Assembly (NCBI GenBank): GCA_965662775.1
Contig: CBFIIW010000001.1
Location: 10,515-74,514 of the forward strand
Length of the DNA: 64,000 nucleotides
Origin: Alphaproteobacteria bacterium
GTDB lineage: Bacteria; Pseudomonadota; Alphaproteobacteria; UBA7985
Direction: 5' to 3'
Numbering within the stretch: the first letter of the stretch is position 1; each line of letters opens with the position of its first letter. The translations under genes were made by a program, and so were the position numbers. Under the pieces are notes generated by a model. It had not been told where the DNA came from and searched no databases. It saw only the letters and a list, made by a program, of their open reading frames with translations. Positions 28,429 to 39,200 of the stretch are shown piece by piece.

Positions 28429-28830
28429 ATGGCCCGCGTCACTGTTGAAGATTGCATCGAAGAAATTCCGAACCGATTTGAGCTTGTCATGTTGGCGGCC
28501 CAGCGCGCGCGCCAGCTCGCTGGCGGAGTGACGCCGGAAGTCAGCCGTGACAACGACAAGAATTCCGTGATTGCGCTGCGTGAGCTCGCTGGCCGTCATG
28601 TGGATCAGGACGACATGCGCGAAGCTTATGTTCGCACGCTGCAGCGGTACGTCGAGGTCGAGGAACTGACCGAGCTGCCTGATTTCTCTGCTCAGCGCCG
28701 GCAGCACCATCATCAGACATCGGCCAATCCGATGTTGCAGGACTTCTCTCCCTTCGGCGCCCGTCCTGCGTCAGCACCCGTTCTCGACGGCGGTATGCGC
28801 TTCGAGAACGTTGTGGTCGAGGAAGACTAG
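28429..28830 (+). CDS. rpoZ: DNA-directed RNA polymerase subunit omega
   Basis: [30 protein letters not shown]... is the canonical RpoZ N-terminus. It lies directly upstream of spoT. Confidence 0.9.
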   Translation: MARVTVEDCIEEIPNRFELVMLAAQRARQLAGGVTPEVSRDNDKNSVIALRELAGRHVDQDDMREAYVRTLQRYVEVEELTELPDFSAQRRQHHHQTSANPMLQDFSPFGARPASAPVLDGGMRFENVVVEED

Positions 28831-28919
28831 CCGCGGTTCAGACACAGCCCCATAGCCACGAGCCAAGCCCAGACACGGGGCTATCTGAACCGGGCCTGAT
28901 ACCGGCAACCAAGGCCCAG

Positions 28920-31073
28920 TTGCTCGGTAGCGTGCAGCTTGCGCATCCTGAATTCGATGCCTCTGTTGTCTCTGCTGCTTATGACTATGCTGAACTCAAG
29001 CACGCCAGCCAGACCCGCGCTTCGGGCGATCCGTATTTCACCCATCCCGTCCGCGTTGCCACTTATCTCGCCGAGAAGCGGCTGGATCCGGCGACCGTAG
29101 CGACAGCACTTCTGCATGATGTCGTTGAGGATACGGACGCGACAAACGGTGATATTTGCAAACGGTTCGGCTCGACGGTTGGGGAATTGGTCGAGGGCGT
29201 AACAAAACTAACCAGTCTCGAAGACACCAGTCGGGAACTCAAGCAGGCTGAGAATTTCCGGAAACTGTTGCTGGCGCTGTCCCGGGATATTCGCGTTCTG
29301 CTGGTCAAGCTTTCTGACCGTCTCGATAACATGCGCACGCTACACTTCATCCCCAAGCCCGAGCGGCGTGCGCGGATTGCCACCGAGACTCTGGAAATCT
29401 ATGCGCCGCTGGCCGGCCGTATCGGGATGATCGATCTCAAAGAAGAGCTCGAAGACCTCGCATTTCTCGAGCTCATGCCCGAGGCGCGTCAGTCGATCAT
29501 GCAGCGAACTGCGTTTCTGCGTGAGGCTGGTGATGCCATGACCGTGGCCATTATCCAGCAGCTGCGATCAGACATGAAGGGCGCGGGACTAAGCAACGTG
29601 GAGATTAACGGCCGGATCAAGACACCATATTCGATCTGGAAAAAGATGCAGACCAAGGACCTCGACCTGGGTCAGCTCTCCGATATTGTCGCCTTTCGTG
29701 TCATCGTTGAAGACATTGGCGATTGTTATGCTGCGCTTGGCGCGCTGCACGGCAACTACTCTCACCGGATGGGTCGCTACAAAGACTATATCTCAACACC
29801 AAAGCCCAATGGCTATCAGTCAATCCACACCGTTGTCATCGGACCCGAGAACCAATCGATTGAGGTGCAGATCCGTAGCCATGATATGCACCAGACGGCC
29901 GAGCTTGGTTTGGCTGCGCACTGGGCCTACAAGGATGGCACGGTTTCGGCCGATCAAGCAGCCGGTGATAACTACAACTGGGTTAAACAGCTCGTCGATA
30001 TTCTGGAGTATTCTAAGGACCCGCAGGAGTTTCTTGACAACACTAAGCTCGACCTGTTCCAGAATCAGGTTTTCTGTTTCACGCCCCAGGGCCACCTGAT
30101 CTCGCTGTCAAATGACGCGACAGTGGTGGATTTCGCCTACGCGGTGCACTCTGATGTCGGCAACACCTGCGTCGGTGCAAGGATCAACGGCAAGATCCGG
30201 CCCCTGCATACCGTGCTGCGAAATGGCGATCAGGTCGAAATCCTGCGGTCCAAAAATGCGGCACCCAACCCCGAATGGCTCAATATCGTTGTATCGGCCA
30301 AGGCCCGTGCCTCGATCCGTCGGTATATCCGCAACGCCGAGCGTGATCAGCACGTCGCGTTGGGGCGGCAGATCCTGGCACGGGCCTATCGAATGAATGA
30401 GGTTGAAGCGAAGGAAAAGGCACTCGATGATATTGCCTCAAAGTGGCGTCTCGAAGACGGCGAGGACGTGCTTGCCCAGGTGGGCGCGGGACTGATCCCA
30501 GCCGGCGATGTGGTGCGGACATTGTTCCCCGGCATTGCGCGGGAGAACAGTGCGCGATCCAAGGAACAGCGCGTTCTGGAACGGCTGAGATCGGGTGAGA
30601 CCATCGACCGCGGCCAGGCAGATTCGTCCAAGGTTGAACTCAAGGGTCTGATCAAGGGCATGGCAGTGCATTTTGCCCGCTGCTGCCATCCACTGCCTGG
30701 TGAACGAATTGTTGGCATTGTGGCTACCGGAAAGGGCATAACCATTCATACGATCGACTGCGACAATCTCGTTAACTTCTATGACCAGCCCGAGCGCTGG
30801 TTGGAGGTGGGTTGGGAAAGTAGCAGTGAAGCCCCGCATGTCGGGCGTCTGCGGGTGATTTTGAGCAACGAGCCCGGGGCTCTGGGTACGCTGACGACAC
30901 TGATCGGCCGGACGGGCGGCAATATCCTGAATTTCAAGTTCCTTAACCGCCAGTCAGATTTCTTTGAGACCCTTGTAGATGTCGAGGTTGGCGATTTACG
31001 GCAGTTGAACGTCATCATCGCCACACTCCGCTCTGCGCCTTCTATCGAAAGTGTTGAGCGCCAGCGCGGCTGA
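28920..31073 (+). CDS. spoT: bifunctional (p)ppGpp synthetase/hydrolase (RelA/SpoT homologue)
   Basis: HD-domain motif ...HDVVEDT..., synthetase motif ...RIKTPYSIWKKM..., plus TGS and ACT regions. Uses a TTG start; the exact start is uncertain by a few codons. Confidence 0.9.
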   Translation: MLGSVQLAHPEFDASVVSAAYDYAELKHASQTRASGDPYFTHPVRVATYLAEKRLDPATVATALLHDVVEDTDATNGDICKRFGSTVGELVEGVTKLTSLEDTSRELKQAENFRKLLLALSRDIRVLLVKLSDRLDNMRTLHFIPKPERRARIATETLEIYAPLAGRIGMIDLKEELEDLAFLELMPEARQSIMQRTAFLREAGDAMTVAIIQQLRSDMKGAGLSNVEINGRIKTPYSIWKKMQTKDLDLGQLSDIVAFRVIVEDIGDCYAALGALHGNYSHRMGRYKDYISTPKPNGYQSIHTVVIGPENQSIEVQIRSHDMHQTAELGLAAHWAYKDGTVSADQAAGDNYNWVKQLVDILEYSKDPQEFLDNTKLDLFQNQVFCFTPQGHLISLSNDATVVDFAYAVHSDVGNTCVGARINGKIRPLHTVLRNGDQVEILRSKNAAPNPEWLNIVVSAKARASIRRYIRNAERDQHVALGRQILARAYRMNEVEAKEKALDDIASKWRLEDGEDVLAQVGAGLIPAGDVVRTLFPGIARENSARSKEQRVLERLRSGETIDRGQADSSKVELKGLIKGMAVHFARCCHPLPGERIVGIVATGKGITIHTIDCDNLVNFYDQPERWLEVGWESSSEAPHVGRLRVILSNEPGALGTLTTLIGRTGGNILNFKFLNRQSDFFETLVDVEVGDLRQLNVIIATLRSAPSIESVERQRG

Positions 31074-31174
31074 CCCGTTGCGTGTTTGGTGCAATCGACC
31101 AGCTTGACTTTCGTTTCCGTTGGGATCGTTCCGCCTATCCACGTCGCAGGAGAGATCGGGTTTCAGCGCAGAAG

Positions 31175-31214
31175 AAAGGCCCGACCCGCGCTGTTTAGCG
31201 CCAATCGGGCCTTT
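31175..31214. terminator. bidirectional hairpin terminator between spoT and the convergent hypothetical gene
   Basis: A 10-bp stem aaaggcccga/tcgggccttt with a 20-nt loop. The minus-strand side has the better T-rich tail. Confidence 0.45.
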
Positions 31215-31258
31215 ATCGATCAGGCTATTGTTCGCTTAAGTGCAGGCTAAGGTTATCT

Positions 31259-31723
31259 TCAGAACCCACAAATGCCAGATGTGTCACCGGACATGTCGTA
31301 TTCAAGCTGCGTGTAGTGGTCACAGAATCCTGTGGCCTCCTCTGTCCGCCAGCTGCCATCATAGGGCCTGACGGTGATTTTGCCGCGGTGGAGGTAGTTT
31401 TTGAAAACCGCCATGTATCCATCACGGCTCCAGCATGCTTGATGCTCGTAGGCATGAGCCGTAAAGCACCATCCGTGGATCGACCACCATTGGTGCTCAA
31501 GGGCGCCGTGACTGTCCCGGATCTGAATCAGTTCACCGACAAAAAAACCGCGCATATGGGTGTTTGTGACGGAGTACAGTTCACCATCAATTTCAATTTC
31601 TGCCACAACTTCTGGCTCCAACTGCTTCCAGCCTACGGGTCCGTGGTTGGGGTGAGCATGCGCCTGAGCGCCAACCAACAGTGTCGCAACGAGGGCGATG
31701 ACGATCGTGGAAAGGGCTTTCAT
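31259..31723 (-). CDS. hypothetical secreted protein
   Basis: Signal peptide MKALSTIVIALVATLLVGAQAHA. Six Cys and several His/Trp in the mature region. No known motif. Confidence 0.5.
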   Translation of the reverse strand: MKALSTIVIALVATLLVGAQAHAHPNHGPVGWKQLEPEVVAEIEIDGELYSVTNTHMRGFFVGELIQIRDSHGALEHQWWSIHGWCFTAHAYEHQACWSRDGYMAVFKNYLHRGKITVRPYDGSWRTEEATGFCDHYTQLEYDMSGDTSGICGF

Positions 31724-31846
31724 TGAAGGTCTCCTGAAGTGTCCATAATGTTGTTTACACCATTGGTGCGCTGGTTTGTAGTGGGCTTAGAGCGCGGACT
31801 GCTGAAACACCCTGAATTCCGCTAGGTGCCCATCGTCTACGTCTGG

Positions 31847-31865
31847 TTTGCATAAAAAATATGCA
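31847..31865. promoter_or_regulatory. perfect inverted repeat TTGCATA-N5-TATGCAA (candidate operator)
   Basis: 7-bp palindromic half-sites separated by AAAAA, about 125 bp upstream of the 31723 start codon. Confidence 0.3.
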
Positions 31866-32088
31866 ATACGGCAGAAGTCGGATGGGTGTGATTAATTGTT
31901 GTGCCAATGGGCGGCCAGTCGCCTTGGCCCCATGAAGGCGATGGTCAACGGCAGTGTTGCCGGGATCTGGGGTACACTGGCGCTTCCATTCCTGGAAGCC
32001 GTGTCGCTCGGCAACAAAGACCAGTGATGCCATTCTGACTCACGAATGATGCCAAAGGCTGTCTCCACGTGCCGGCGGCAGCCTTCCT

Positions 32089-33015
32089 TCAATCTGCGTT
32101 GCTGTTCCCCCGATTGACCTTGGCGGGCGCGCGAGGCAGGCCGGCAGCCTCGAGATAGGTCATAACCAGTGATGAATCATCCTGGTGAGCGCGGCCGTCA
32201 TCGATCGCCTGCTGGTAGCGGTCGAGCGCGGCTTCTGTAATCGGAGCATCAAGCCCGAGCTGCCGGCAGATGCCAAGAATGATCCCTAGATCCTTGGGCC
32301 AGATGCTAAGGTGTGTATGGGCGGGCTCATAGTCCTGTGCGATCAGACGCGGTGCACGGTTTTCAAACATCCAACTTGTTCCGGCACTTTGCGAAACGAC
32401 GTCCAGTACGCGCTCGGGCTCAAGGCCCTGCGCCATTCCAAAGGCCATAGCCTCGCTGGTCATGGCGGCGTGCACGCCGGCCAGCATCTGATTCACAGCC
32501 TTCATCACCGAACCTGCTCCGGCTCGGTCGCCCATGTGAAACACCGTTCCAGCCATAGCTTCAAGAAACGGCTCAGCAGCCGTAAAGGCTTCGGGCCGTC
32601 CCGAGGCTATGAAGGACAGCGCACCGGTTTCAGCCTTGAGAGCGCCGCCAGAGATTGGCGCGTCGAGATACAGTAGCCCATGGGCTGTACACGCTGCCTC
32701 GAACTGGCGCGCATCAGCGGGATCGATGGTCGGGCAGGCAATGATGACACAGCCTTCTGACAGCCGTTCAGCAAGCCTGTCCCGACCGAAGAGAATGTCT
32801 TCAGTCTGGGCGGCGTTCACAACCGCAATCACAACGGCCTTTGCCCGTGGGGCAAAGGTGTCCAGATCATCCGCTACTCCACCTGCGTCGATGAAGGCCT
32901 GGCGGACCGCTGGCTTATTGGTGAAAGCGTTTACCTCAAAACCAGCTCGGCGCAGGCAGGACGCCATGCCCGAACCCATACTGCCCAAGCCAAAGAACGC
33001 AACCGCATCGCTCAC
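32089..33015 (-). CDS. NAD(P)-dependent oxidoreductase, 3-hydroxyisobutyrate dehydrogenase family
   Basis: N-terminal Rossmann motif VAFFGLGSMGSGMA and the HIBADH-like catalytic region. Confidence 0.8.
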   Translation of the reverse strand: MSDAVAFFGLGSMGSGMASCLRRAGFEVNAFTNKPAVRQAFIDAGGVADDLDTFAPRAKAVVIAVVNAAQTEDILFGRDRLAERLSEGCVIIACPTIDPADARQFEAACTAHGLLYLDAPISGGALKAETGALSFIASGRPEAFTAAEPFLEAMAGTVFHMGDRAGAGSVMKAVNQMLAGVHAAMTSEAMAFGMAQGLEPERVLDVVSQSAGTSWMFENRAPRLIAQDYEPAHTHLSIWPKDLGIILGICRQLGLDAPITEAALDRYQQAIDDGRAHQDDSSLVMTYLEAAGLPRAPAKVNRGNSNAD

Positions 33016-33031
33016 AAGATCAATCCCTTGC

Positions 33032-33727
33032 TCAAGTTAACATTTCCGCCACAGCCGCTCTGCAGTGTATCGCCGTCGTGTCAAAGACGGGCATGTCGAT
33101 CATCGACTGGTCGAGCAATAGGCCGACTTCGGTGCAGCCGAAAATAACGCCATCTACGTTCTGTGTTCGGCGATAGTGGTCAATGATCGCCAGATAGCGC
33201 TGACGGCTACTGGCTTGTATCTTTCCCTGGACCAGCTCCTCATAGATGACTTGGTGAACCGCACTGCGGTGCATGTCTTCTGGGACAATCACCTGACAGT
33301 CGGAGGCGGCCTCGACGTGCGAGCGGTAGAAGGGCTTTTCCATAGTAAATTGGGTAGCGAGCAGGAGTGGGCGTCGAACCCCGCTCGAATAGACCGCATT
33401 GGCCGTTGCGTCGGCTATGTGGATCAGCGGAAGGCCGGAAGCCACTGCAACCTGGTCAGCCATCAAATGCATGGTGTTGGTGGCAATGATGATGAGCTCG
33501 GCGCCGCCTGCGCGCAAACCCCGCGCCGCGTTTTCCATCTGCCCTGTGAGCGTGTCCCAATCGCCCTCCGCCTGAAGCGCAGCGATGGGCGCAAAGTCCA
33601 TATTCCATAGCAGCATAGGGGCGGAATGCAGGGGCCCGCACGCGGATTTAATTTCTTCATTCAGTAGTCGGTAGTAGGTTTGGGTGCTTTCCCAGCTCAT
33701 GCCACCGATCACGCCAAGCCGTTTCAT
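33032..33727 (-). CDS. aspartate/glutamate racemase-family protein
   Basis: MKRLGVIGGMSWESTQTYYRLLNEEI... and the ...CTE/GCTE... catalytic Cys motif FGCTEVGLL. Confidence 0.8.
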   Translation of the reverse strand: MKRLGVIGGMSWESTQTYYRLLNEEIKSACGPLHSAPMLLWNMDFAPIAALQAEGDWDTLTGQMENAARGLRAGGAELIIIATNTMHLMADQVAVASGLPLIHIADATANAVYSSGVRRPLLLATQFTMEKPFYRSHVEAASDCQVIVPEDMHRSAVHQVIYEELVQGKIQASSRQRYLAIIDHYRRTQNVDGVIFGCTEVGLLLDQSMIDMPVFDTTAIHCRAAVAEMLT

Positions 33728-33883
33728 CGCGCCTCCCGAAATGCTGTTCTTTTCACCCCTTTCACCTTAGTCCCGACCTCAAGTCACACAAGGGCATAGA
33801 TGGGTGGCGAAGCGTTGGCTTGTTGCCACCGGCATATCGGCGATAGAACGCTTCCCACCCACCAAGCACTGAGGCGATGATCC

Positions 33884-34489
33884 ATGAGCCAATCCAAGAC
33901 CATCGAGTTCTACTTCGACTTCGGGAGCCCAGCGACGTTCCTGGCCTATACGCAGATCGAAGCTATTGCTGAGCGTACAGGTGCTGAACTTGTGTGGAAG
34001 CCGATGCTGTTGGGCGGTGTATTTAAAGCGACCGGTAATGCCAGCCCTGTCCTCATCCCGGCCAAAGGTCGCTGGATGATGGGAGATATCATGCGATGGG
34101 CAGAACGCTATGGAACCCATATTCGTTACCCGGAGGGATTTCCATTGAATACGCTGGCGTTGATGCGCGGGGTGATTGGCTTTCAGCAAACGCAAAGTGC
34201 GGCAACGGCCCGGCGTTTCATCGACGTGATGTTTCGCGCGATTTGGCAGCAGCAGCAGGATCTGCGCGATAGCGAGACCTTGGCGCAGGTTCTCACAGAG
34301 AACGACTTCGACCCTGATGCGTTTTTGGTCATGGTCTCCGACCCGGAAATCAAGCAAGCCCTAATCCATCAAACCACCACAGCGGTCGAACGCGGTGTCT
34401 TCGGGGCTCCAACGTTCTTTGTCGGCGGCGAGATGCACTTTGGTCAGGACCGGCTGGATTGGGTTGAGGCAGCGGCCTCGTCTACCTAG
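33884..34489 (+). CDS. 2-hydroxychromene-2-carboxylate isomerase-family protein (DsbA-like)
   Basis: N-terminus MSQSKTIEFYFDFGSPATFLAY...; 201 aa, typical HCCA-isomerase/DsbA-like length and start. Confidence 0.75.
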   Translation: MSQSKTIEFYFDFGSPATFLAYTQIEAIAERTGAELVWKPMLLGGVFKATGNASPVLIPAKGRWMMGDIMRWAERYGTHIRYPEGFPLNTLALMRGVIGFQQTQSAATARRFIDVMFRAIWQQQQDLRDSETLAQVLTENDFDPDAFLVMVSDPEIKQALIHQTTTAVERGVFGAPTFFVGGEMHFGQDRLDWVEAAASST

Positions 34490-34512
34490 AAACAGGGCGC
34501 GCGAGCCTCTGC

Positions 34513-34989
34513 CTAGTTTCTGCTACGTTCAGCCTGGTCACTCATTGAGGCGTCAGGCGCTGACTGCGCCGTCACGTTGCCATCAACCCGTATTGCTTTG
34601 CACTCCGCTAGCGACGTGTGATCGTGCCGGAAACTCCAGACCTGCGCCGCCAGCGCGTAAGCCGATAGTGTCGCCAGTGCGCGCTCGACGTGCGTGTCGC
34701 ATGTCTTTAGCTGTCGGTCCGGGTGACAAACCAGAATGATACCCGGCTCGCGACCGTGCAAATGAGCGTAGAACAGGGCCTGTCCGAGACCTTCAGCCCA
34801 TTTTTGGGTGTAATCGACTTCGACGGCATGCTGAGCATTCAAACAGTCTGTGCGTGTACCATCGCTGTTTCGGAATTCGATTTTGTCGAAACCCGAACAG
34901 AGCGCGTTGGCGTGCTCCTTTTCAGGGTGAGCGCGCGCCAGCATGGGCAATAGCAGAAGTGCTGTGATCAGGGATAGCCAACGAACCAT
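34513..34989 (-). CDS. hypothetical secreted protein
   Basis: Signal peptide MVRWLSLITALLLLPMLARA; Cys-containing mature part. No known motif. Confidence 0.4.
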   Translation of the reverse strand: MVRWLSLITALLLLPMLARAHPEKEHANALCSGFDKIEFRNSDGTRTDCLNAQHAVEVDYTQKWAEGLGQALFYAHLHGREPGIILVCHPDRQLKTCDTHVERALATLSAYALAAQVWSFRHDHTSLAECKAIRVDGNVTAQSAPDASMSDQAERSRN

Positions 34990-35286
34990 GCCAGGAAATA
35001 AGCATAAGAATTACTATAAATGAAGATATTTCTTTTTTCGGTAACTACAACAGTAGGCTAGCCCCATTTCGGGCCGAATTTAGGCAAAATCGAAACGGGA
35101 AATAATGAGCCTGAAACATACTGAAATACTGCGTGTCTGACCGCAACAGGGGTCCTCGGTAGGGTGAAGGTGTTGAAAGCGCAATGGTGGTTCCGCCGCG
35201 AAGCGGCAGGGTCTCAAACCTCCGCAAAGCGGGGCCGACAAAGCAGTTTCACGCTAAATCCAATGCAACCATAAAGGACACCAAAC

Positions 35287-36138
35287 ATGAAAGCCTTCAG
35301 CTCAAGACTTGCCTCAATTTCCATTGCTGCTGCTGGTGTCTTCGCTGCAGCAGGGGCAGCGCAGGCTGACAATCGTCATCACCGCGCCTACGCACACCTT
35401 CCCCACACCCATACCTACAACCATAGTCACGGTTCATTCCACTCCAATGCTCAGGGGCTGGGCAACGCCATTATCGTAGGCGGCCTGCTGCTCGGTGGCA
35501 TTGCGCTGCTCGATGCCCTCAGTGACGGGAACGGGCAGGTTAATGTAACCACAACAACCAACTTACCGACGTCCAATGGCCCGGTAGTTACTTGGACACC
35601 CCCATCGCATCGGCCGCCGGTGGTCTTTCACCCGACCAACAAGCCTGATCCAGCCTATACGACGCGCTGCCGCGATCACGGCCACATCAGCGTGCAGCGG
35701 GATGCGAAGAAGAGGTTTTCACTGCGCCGTCCGGACGGAAGCGTGCTGGAGCATATCCGCGGCGGTCGTCCGCTGCAGCGGCGCATTGCAAACGCCCTGG
35801 ATGCCTTTGGCATCGACACCACGTGTGTGATCCAGACTGATGCGCGCCGCGGTAAAGAGAAAACCCGCCTCTTCCTCGCAAATGGTCGCCTACCGCGCGT
35901 CCCGATGGGTTGGACCGGTGCTGATGCCGTTGGGCGGATTAACCCGGATAACCTGACCATCGCCCGCACTGGGGAAGGTTTTGCTGTTCAACGCCGTAGC
36001 GGCTCGACCCTTGCCAAATTTGACACCCGCGCAGGCGCACGCGCTTTCATCGACTACCTTGATCGGATGAACGCTCGAAAGCGTGTGGTGTTCAAGCATG
36101 CAAGTGGTGACACGCGCTTCGTGTTCTACGCGCGCTGA
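35287..36138 (+). CDS. hypothetical secreted protein with His-rich N-terminal segment
   Basis: Signal peptide MKAFSSRLASISIAAAGVFAAAGAAQA, followed by DNRHHRAYAHLPHTHTYNHSHGSFHSNAQ, then a GG-rich hydrophobic stretch and a globular C-domain. Confidence 0.5.
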   Translation: MKAFSSRLASISIAAAGVFAAAGAAQADNRHHRAYAHLPHTHTYNHSHGSFHSNAQGLGNAIIVGGLLLGGIALLDALSDGNGQVNVTTTTNLPTSNGPVVTWTPPSHRPPVVFHPTNKPDPAYTTRCRDHGHISVQRDAKKRFSLRRPDGSVLEHIRGGRPLQRRIANALDAFGIDTTCVIQTDARRGKEKTRLFLANGRLPRVPMGWTGADAVGRINPDNLTIARTGEGFAVQRRSGSTLAKFDTRAGARAFIDYLDRMNARKRVVFKHASGDTRFVFYAR

Positions 36139-36195
36139 TCTGTACGAGTTGACGCGCGGGCCTGTCTCTCCCTTGTATCACCCCCGCGCGCCAAT

Positions 36196-36232
36196 GCCCG
36201 CCCGTCCCTCATCCAGGGGCGGGCGGGTTTTG
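36196..36232 (+). terminator. rho-independent terminator after the 35287..36138 gene
   Basis: A 13-bp GC stem gcccgcccgtccct/aggggcgggcggg with one G:U pair, loop catcc, followed by tttt. Confidence 0.6.
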
Positions 36233-36296
36233 GTTGAATGGAGCGACGGAGCGTATCGGGGACCGGGCAGAAGGCAGCATGCCGGAAAAAGAACGA

Positions 36297-39200
36297 TCAG
36301 ACCGCCGCGGCCTTGGCAACCGTTGTTGAGGGTGTTTGCGTTTCCGTGTCGGTCCCGTCCAGATCTCGCTCCAGCGCTGGCAGTTGCGCTTCAAACTCGG
36401 CTAGGTTTCGGGCCTTCACCGGACCAAAACCACGAACATGAAGGGTACTGTCAATCAGCGCCTGAGCGGCCGATACTTTTCCTGCTTCAGCCGCGTTTGC
36501 AACCCGATCCAAAATCGCCTCAACGGTCCCGATAAAGGCGCGTTCGCCGCGCCGTTCTTCGGTGCGACCAAAGGGGTCCAGCACTGTCCCACGCAGGACC
36601 TTCAAGCCCTTGAGTATCGAGAGCAGTGGCCAGATCCAACGGCCAGAGAATGCGATTTTCCGCGGTTCGCCGGTATTGGGGTCTCGCCCGGCGATCAGAG
36701 GCGGCGATAGGTGGAAGGTCAGATTGTATTGCGGCCCAAACTTGGCCCTTAACTCAGCCTGATAGCGACCATTGGTGTAAAGTCGTGCGACTTCATATTC
36801 GTCTTTGTAGGACATGGCCCGATGGAGAGCTGCCTCTGCGCTGGCAGTCAGACGGCGGGCAGCAGATGGTTCGAGCTTTTCACTGATGCGGGCTTCGAAG
36901 GCTTCGACTGATGCGGTAAATCGCGCCGCGTAAGCGCGATTTTGATATGCGGTTAGCATCTCGACGCGCTCGGTCCGGGTTGGTGGCACCACCCGCCCGT
37001 GCAGCGCGTCATCTGCGGCTTCAGTCTGCTCAGTTCCCGCGGCCACTTCACCCAGCGCCAGTTGTGTGACCATGCCGGGGTCAATCGCCATCCAGCGCCC
37101 CCAAGCCAACGCTTGTTTATTGAATGGCACCGCCACGCCGTTGAGTTCAATGGCACGCTCCAGCGATGCGATAGACAGGGGAACCAGACCAAGTTGTACG
37201 GCAACACCAACAAGGAACAGGTTGGCGGCAATGCTGTCACCAAGCAGTTTTGTGGCAATTGCGGTTGCATTGACCAGCGTCATGTCCTCGGTGCGTATTG
37301 ATCCGGCGATGCGCTTGGTTAGCGGCGCCGCTTGCATAGGCATATCGGGCTGGCGAGTGAACAGGGCGATCGGAACCACATGGTCATTGACCACGGCCTT
37401 AGTCCGGCCTTCCATAAAGGTCGCCATGATCGGTGGCGCAGTGCTAACAACGAGGTCACAGCCCAAGAGCAGATCAAGGCTTCCAGGTGCAACCTTGGAC
37501 GCACCAGCGTCTCCGCCCTTGGGCAACAGGCGGACGTGGCTGGAAACGGCGCCGTTCTTTTGGCTTAACCCGGTCTGGTCGAGCAGGGCCGACCCCAGGC
37601 CATCAAGATGCGCAGCCATCCCTAGCAGCGCGGAGACCGTTGTTACACCGGTGCCACCGATACCAGTGACCAGCATGTTGTATTCCCCTTCCCAGTTTGC
37701 CGGTTCGGGCGCGGGCAGGGCGGTTTCAGGCAGGCTTGCCTGTGAGCCGGTTTGAGCGGGTTTGATAGCGGCCTGATTGGCTTCTTCACCAGATACGGTG
37801 ACGAACGAAGGGCAAAAGCCCTTGAGGCAGGAATAGTCTTTGTTACAGACACTCTGGTCGATTTCACGCTTTCGCCCAAGCGGGGTCTCTATGGGCTTTA
37901 TGGCGACGCAGTTTGACTTCACGCCGCAGTCTCCGCAGCCTTCACACACAGCGGAATTGATGTGCAGGCGCTTGGGCGGGTCATCCATTTTGCCGCGCTT
38001 TCGTCTGCGGCGCTTTTCGGCGGCACAAACCTGATCATACAGCAAGATGGTGATGCCTTTGACCTCTCGCAGCTCCAGCTGCACAGCCTCCATTTCCTCA
38101 CGCGGGCGAATGGTAACGCCCTTGGCCCATGGCGTGCCGCGCGCATACTTTTCTGGATCATCGGCGACAACAACGATCTGGGACACCCCTTCGCCCGCCA
38201 GTTGCTGGGTCATCGCCCAGGGGGTCAGCCCACCGTCGTGGCTTTGTCCGCCAGTGAGTGCCACCGCATCGTTGAAGAGCAGCTTGTAGGTCATGTTTAC
38301 GCCCGACGCGACAGCCGCGCGGATCGCAAGCAGACCTGAATGATTATAGGTGCCGTCGCCCATGTTTTGGAACATGTGCGGGGTCTCGACAAAGGGACTC
38401 ATCCCTATCCAAGGCGAGCCCTCCGCACCCATGTGGGTGTAGGCAATTGTTCGCTCAGGGTAGATGTAGAGCGCCAGTGTGTGACACCCGATCCCTGAGC
38501 CGGCTTTTGAGCCCTCAGGGACTTTGGTCGAGGTGTTGTGCGGGCAACCCGCGCAGTACCAGGGAACGCGGGCGGGCGCGGGCTTGTTGTCGCGGTCGAT
38601 TGTCGGGGCAGGCAGAAGCCGACCTACGCGGTCTGGATTGGCATCGAGGATACTGTGGGCGACCAGACGCTGGTCGATCGCCTTGGCCACATCCAGGGCA
38701 CCAAACTCACCATGGCGTGGGAGTAGGGGGAGGCCCGCAGGATCGGTCTTTCCCACCAGTTGTGGTGGGCGCCGGGTGGTTCGCGCGTTGACGATCAGGC
38801 GGGCGGCCTGATCCTCCACAAGCGGTCGCTTTTCTTCGATGATCAGCAGTTCATCACAGCGTAGCGCAAAATCGGTAAAGGACTGCGGTTCTAACGGCCA
38901 GACCTGCGCAACTTTGAAAACGCCGATGCCGAGGTCGCCAAGGTCGGCTTCAGAAATCCCAAGCATGCGCAGCGCGTCGAGTGTCTCCAGATACCCCTTT
39001 CCAACACCGACGATACCGAGCCGGATGACGCCGGTGCGGTCACCATGGCTCTGAAAGTTGACGCGGTTGGCGCGGGTGAAAGCCTGAAACGCGGGCAGTT
39101 TGAGGTTCCAAAGCCGCTCTTCCTGCGCAAGCATGGCGTCAGGGTGGCGAATATTCAGCCCTTCGGGCGGCAAGTCGAAATCCGTCGGTGTGACGAAGCT

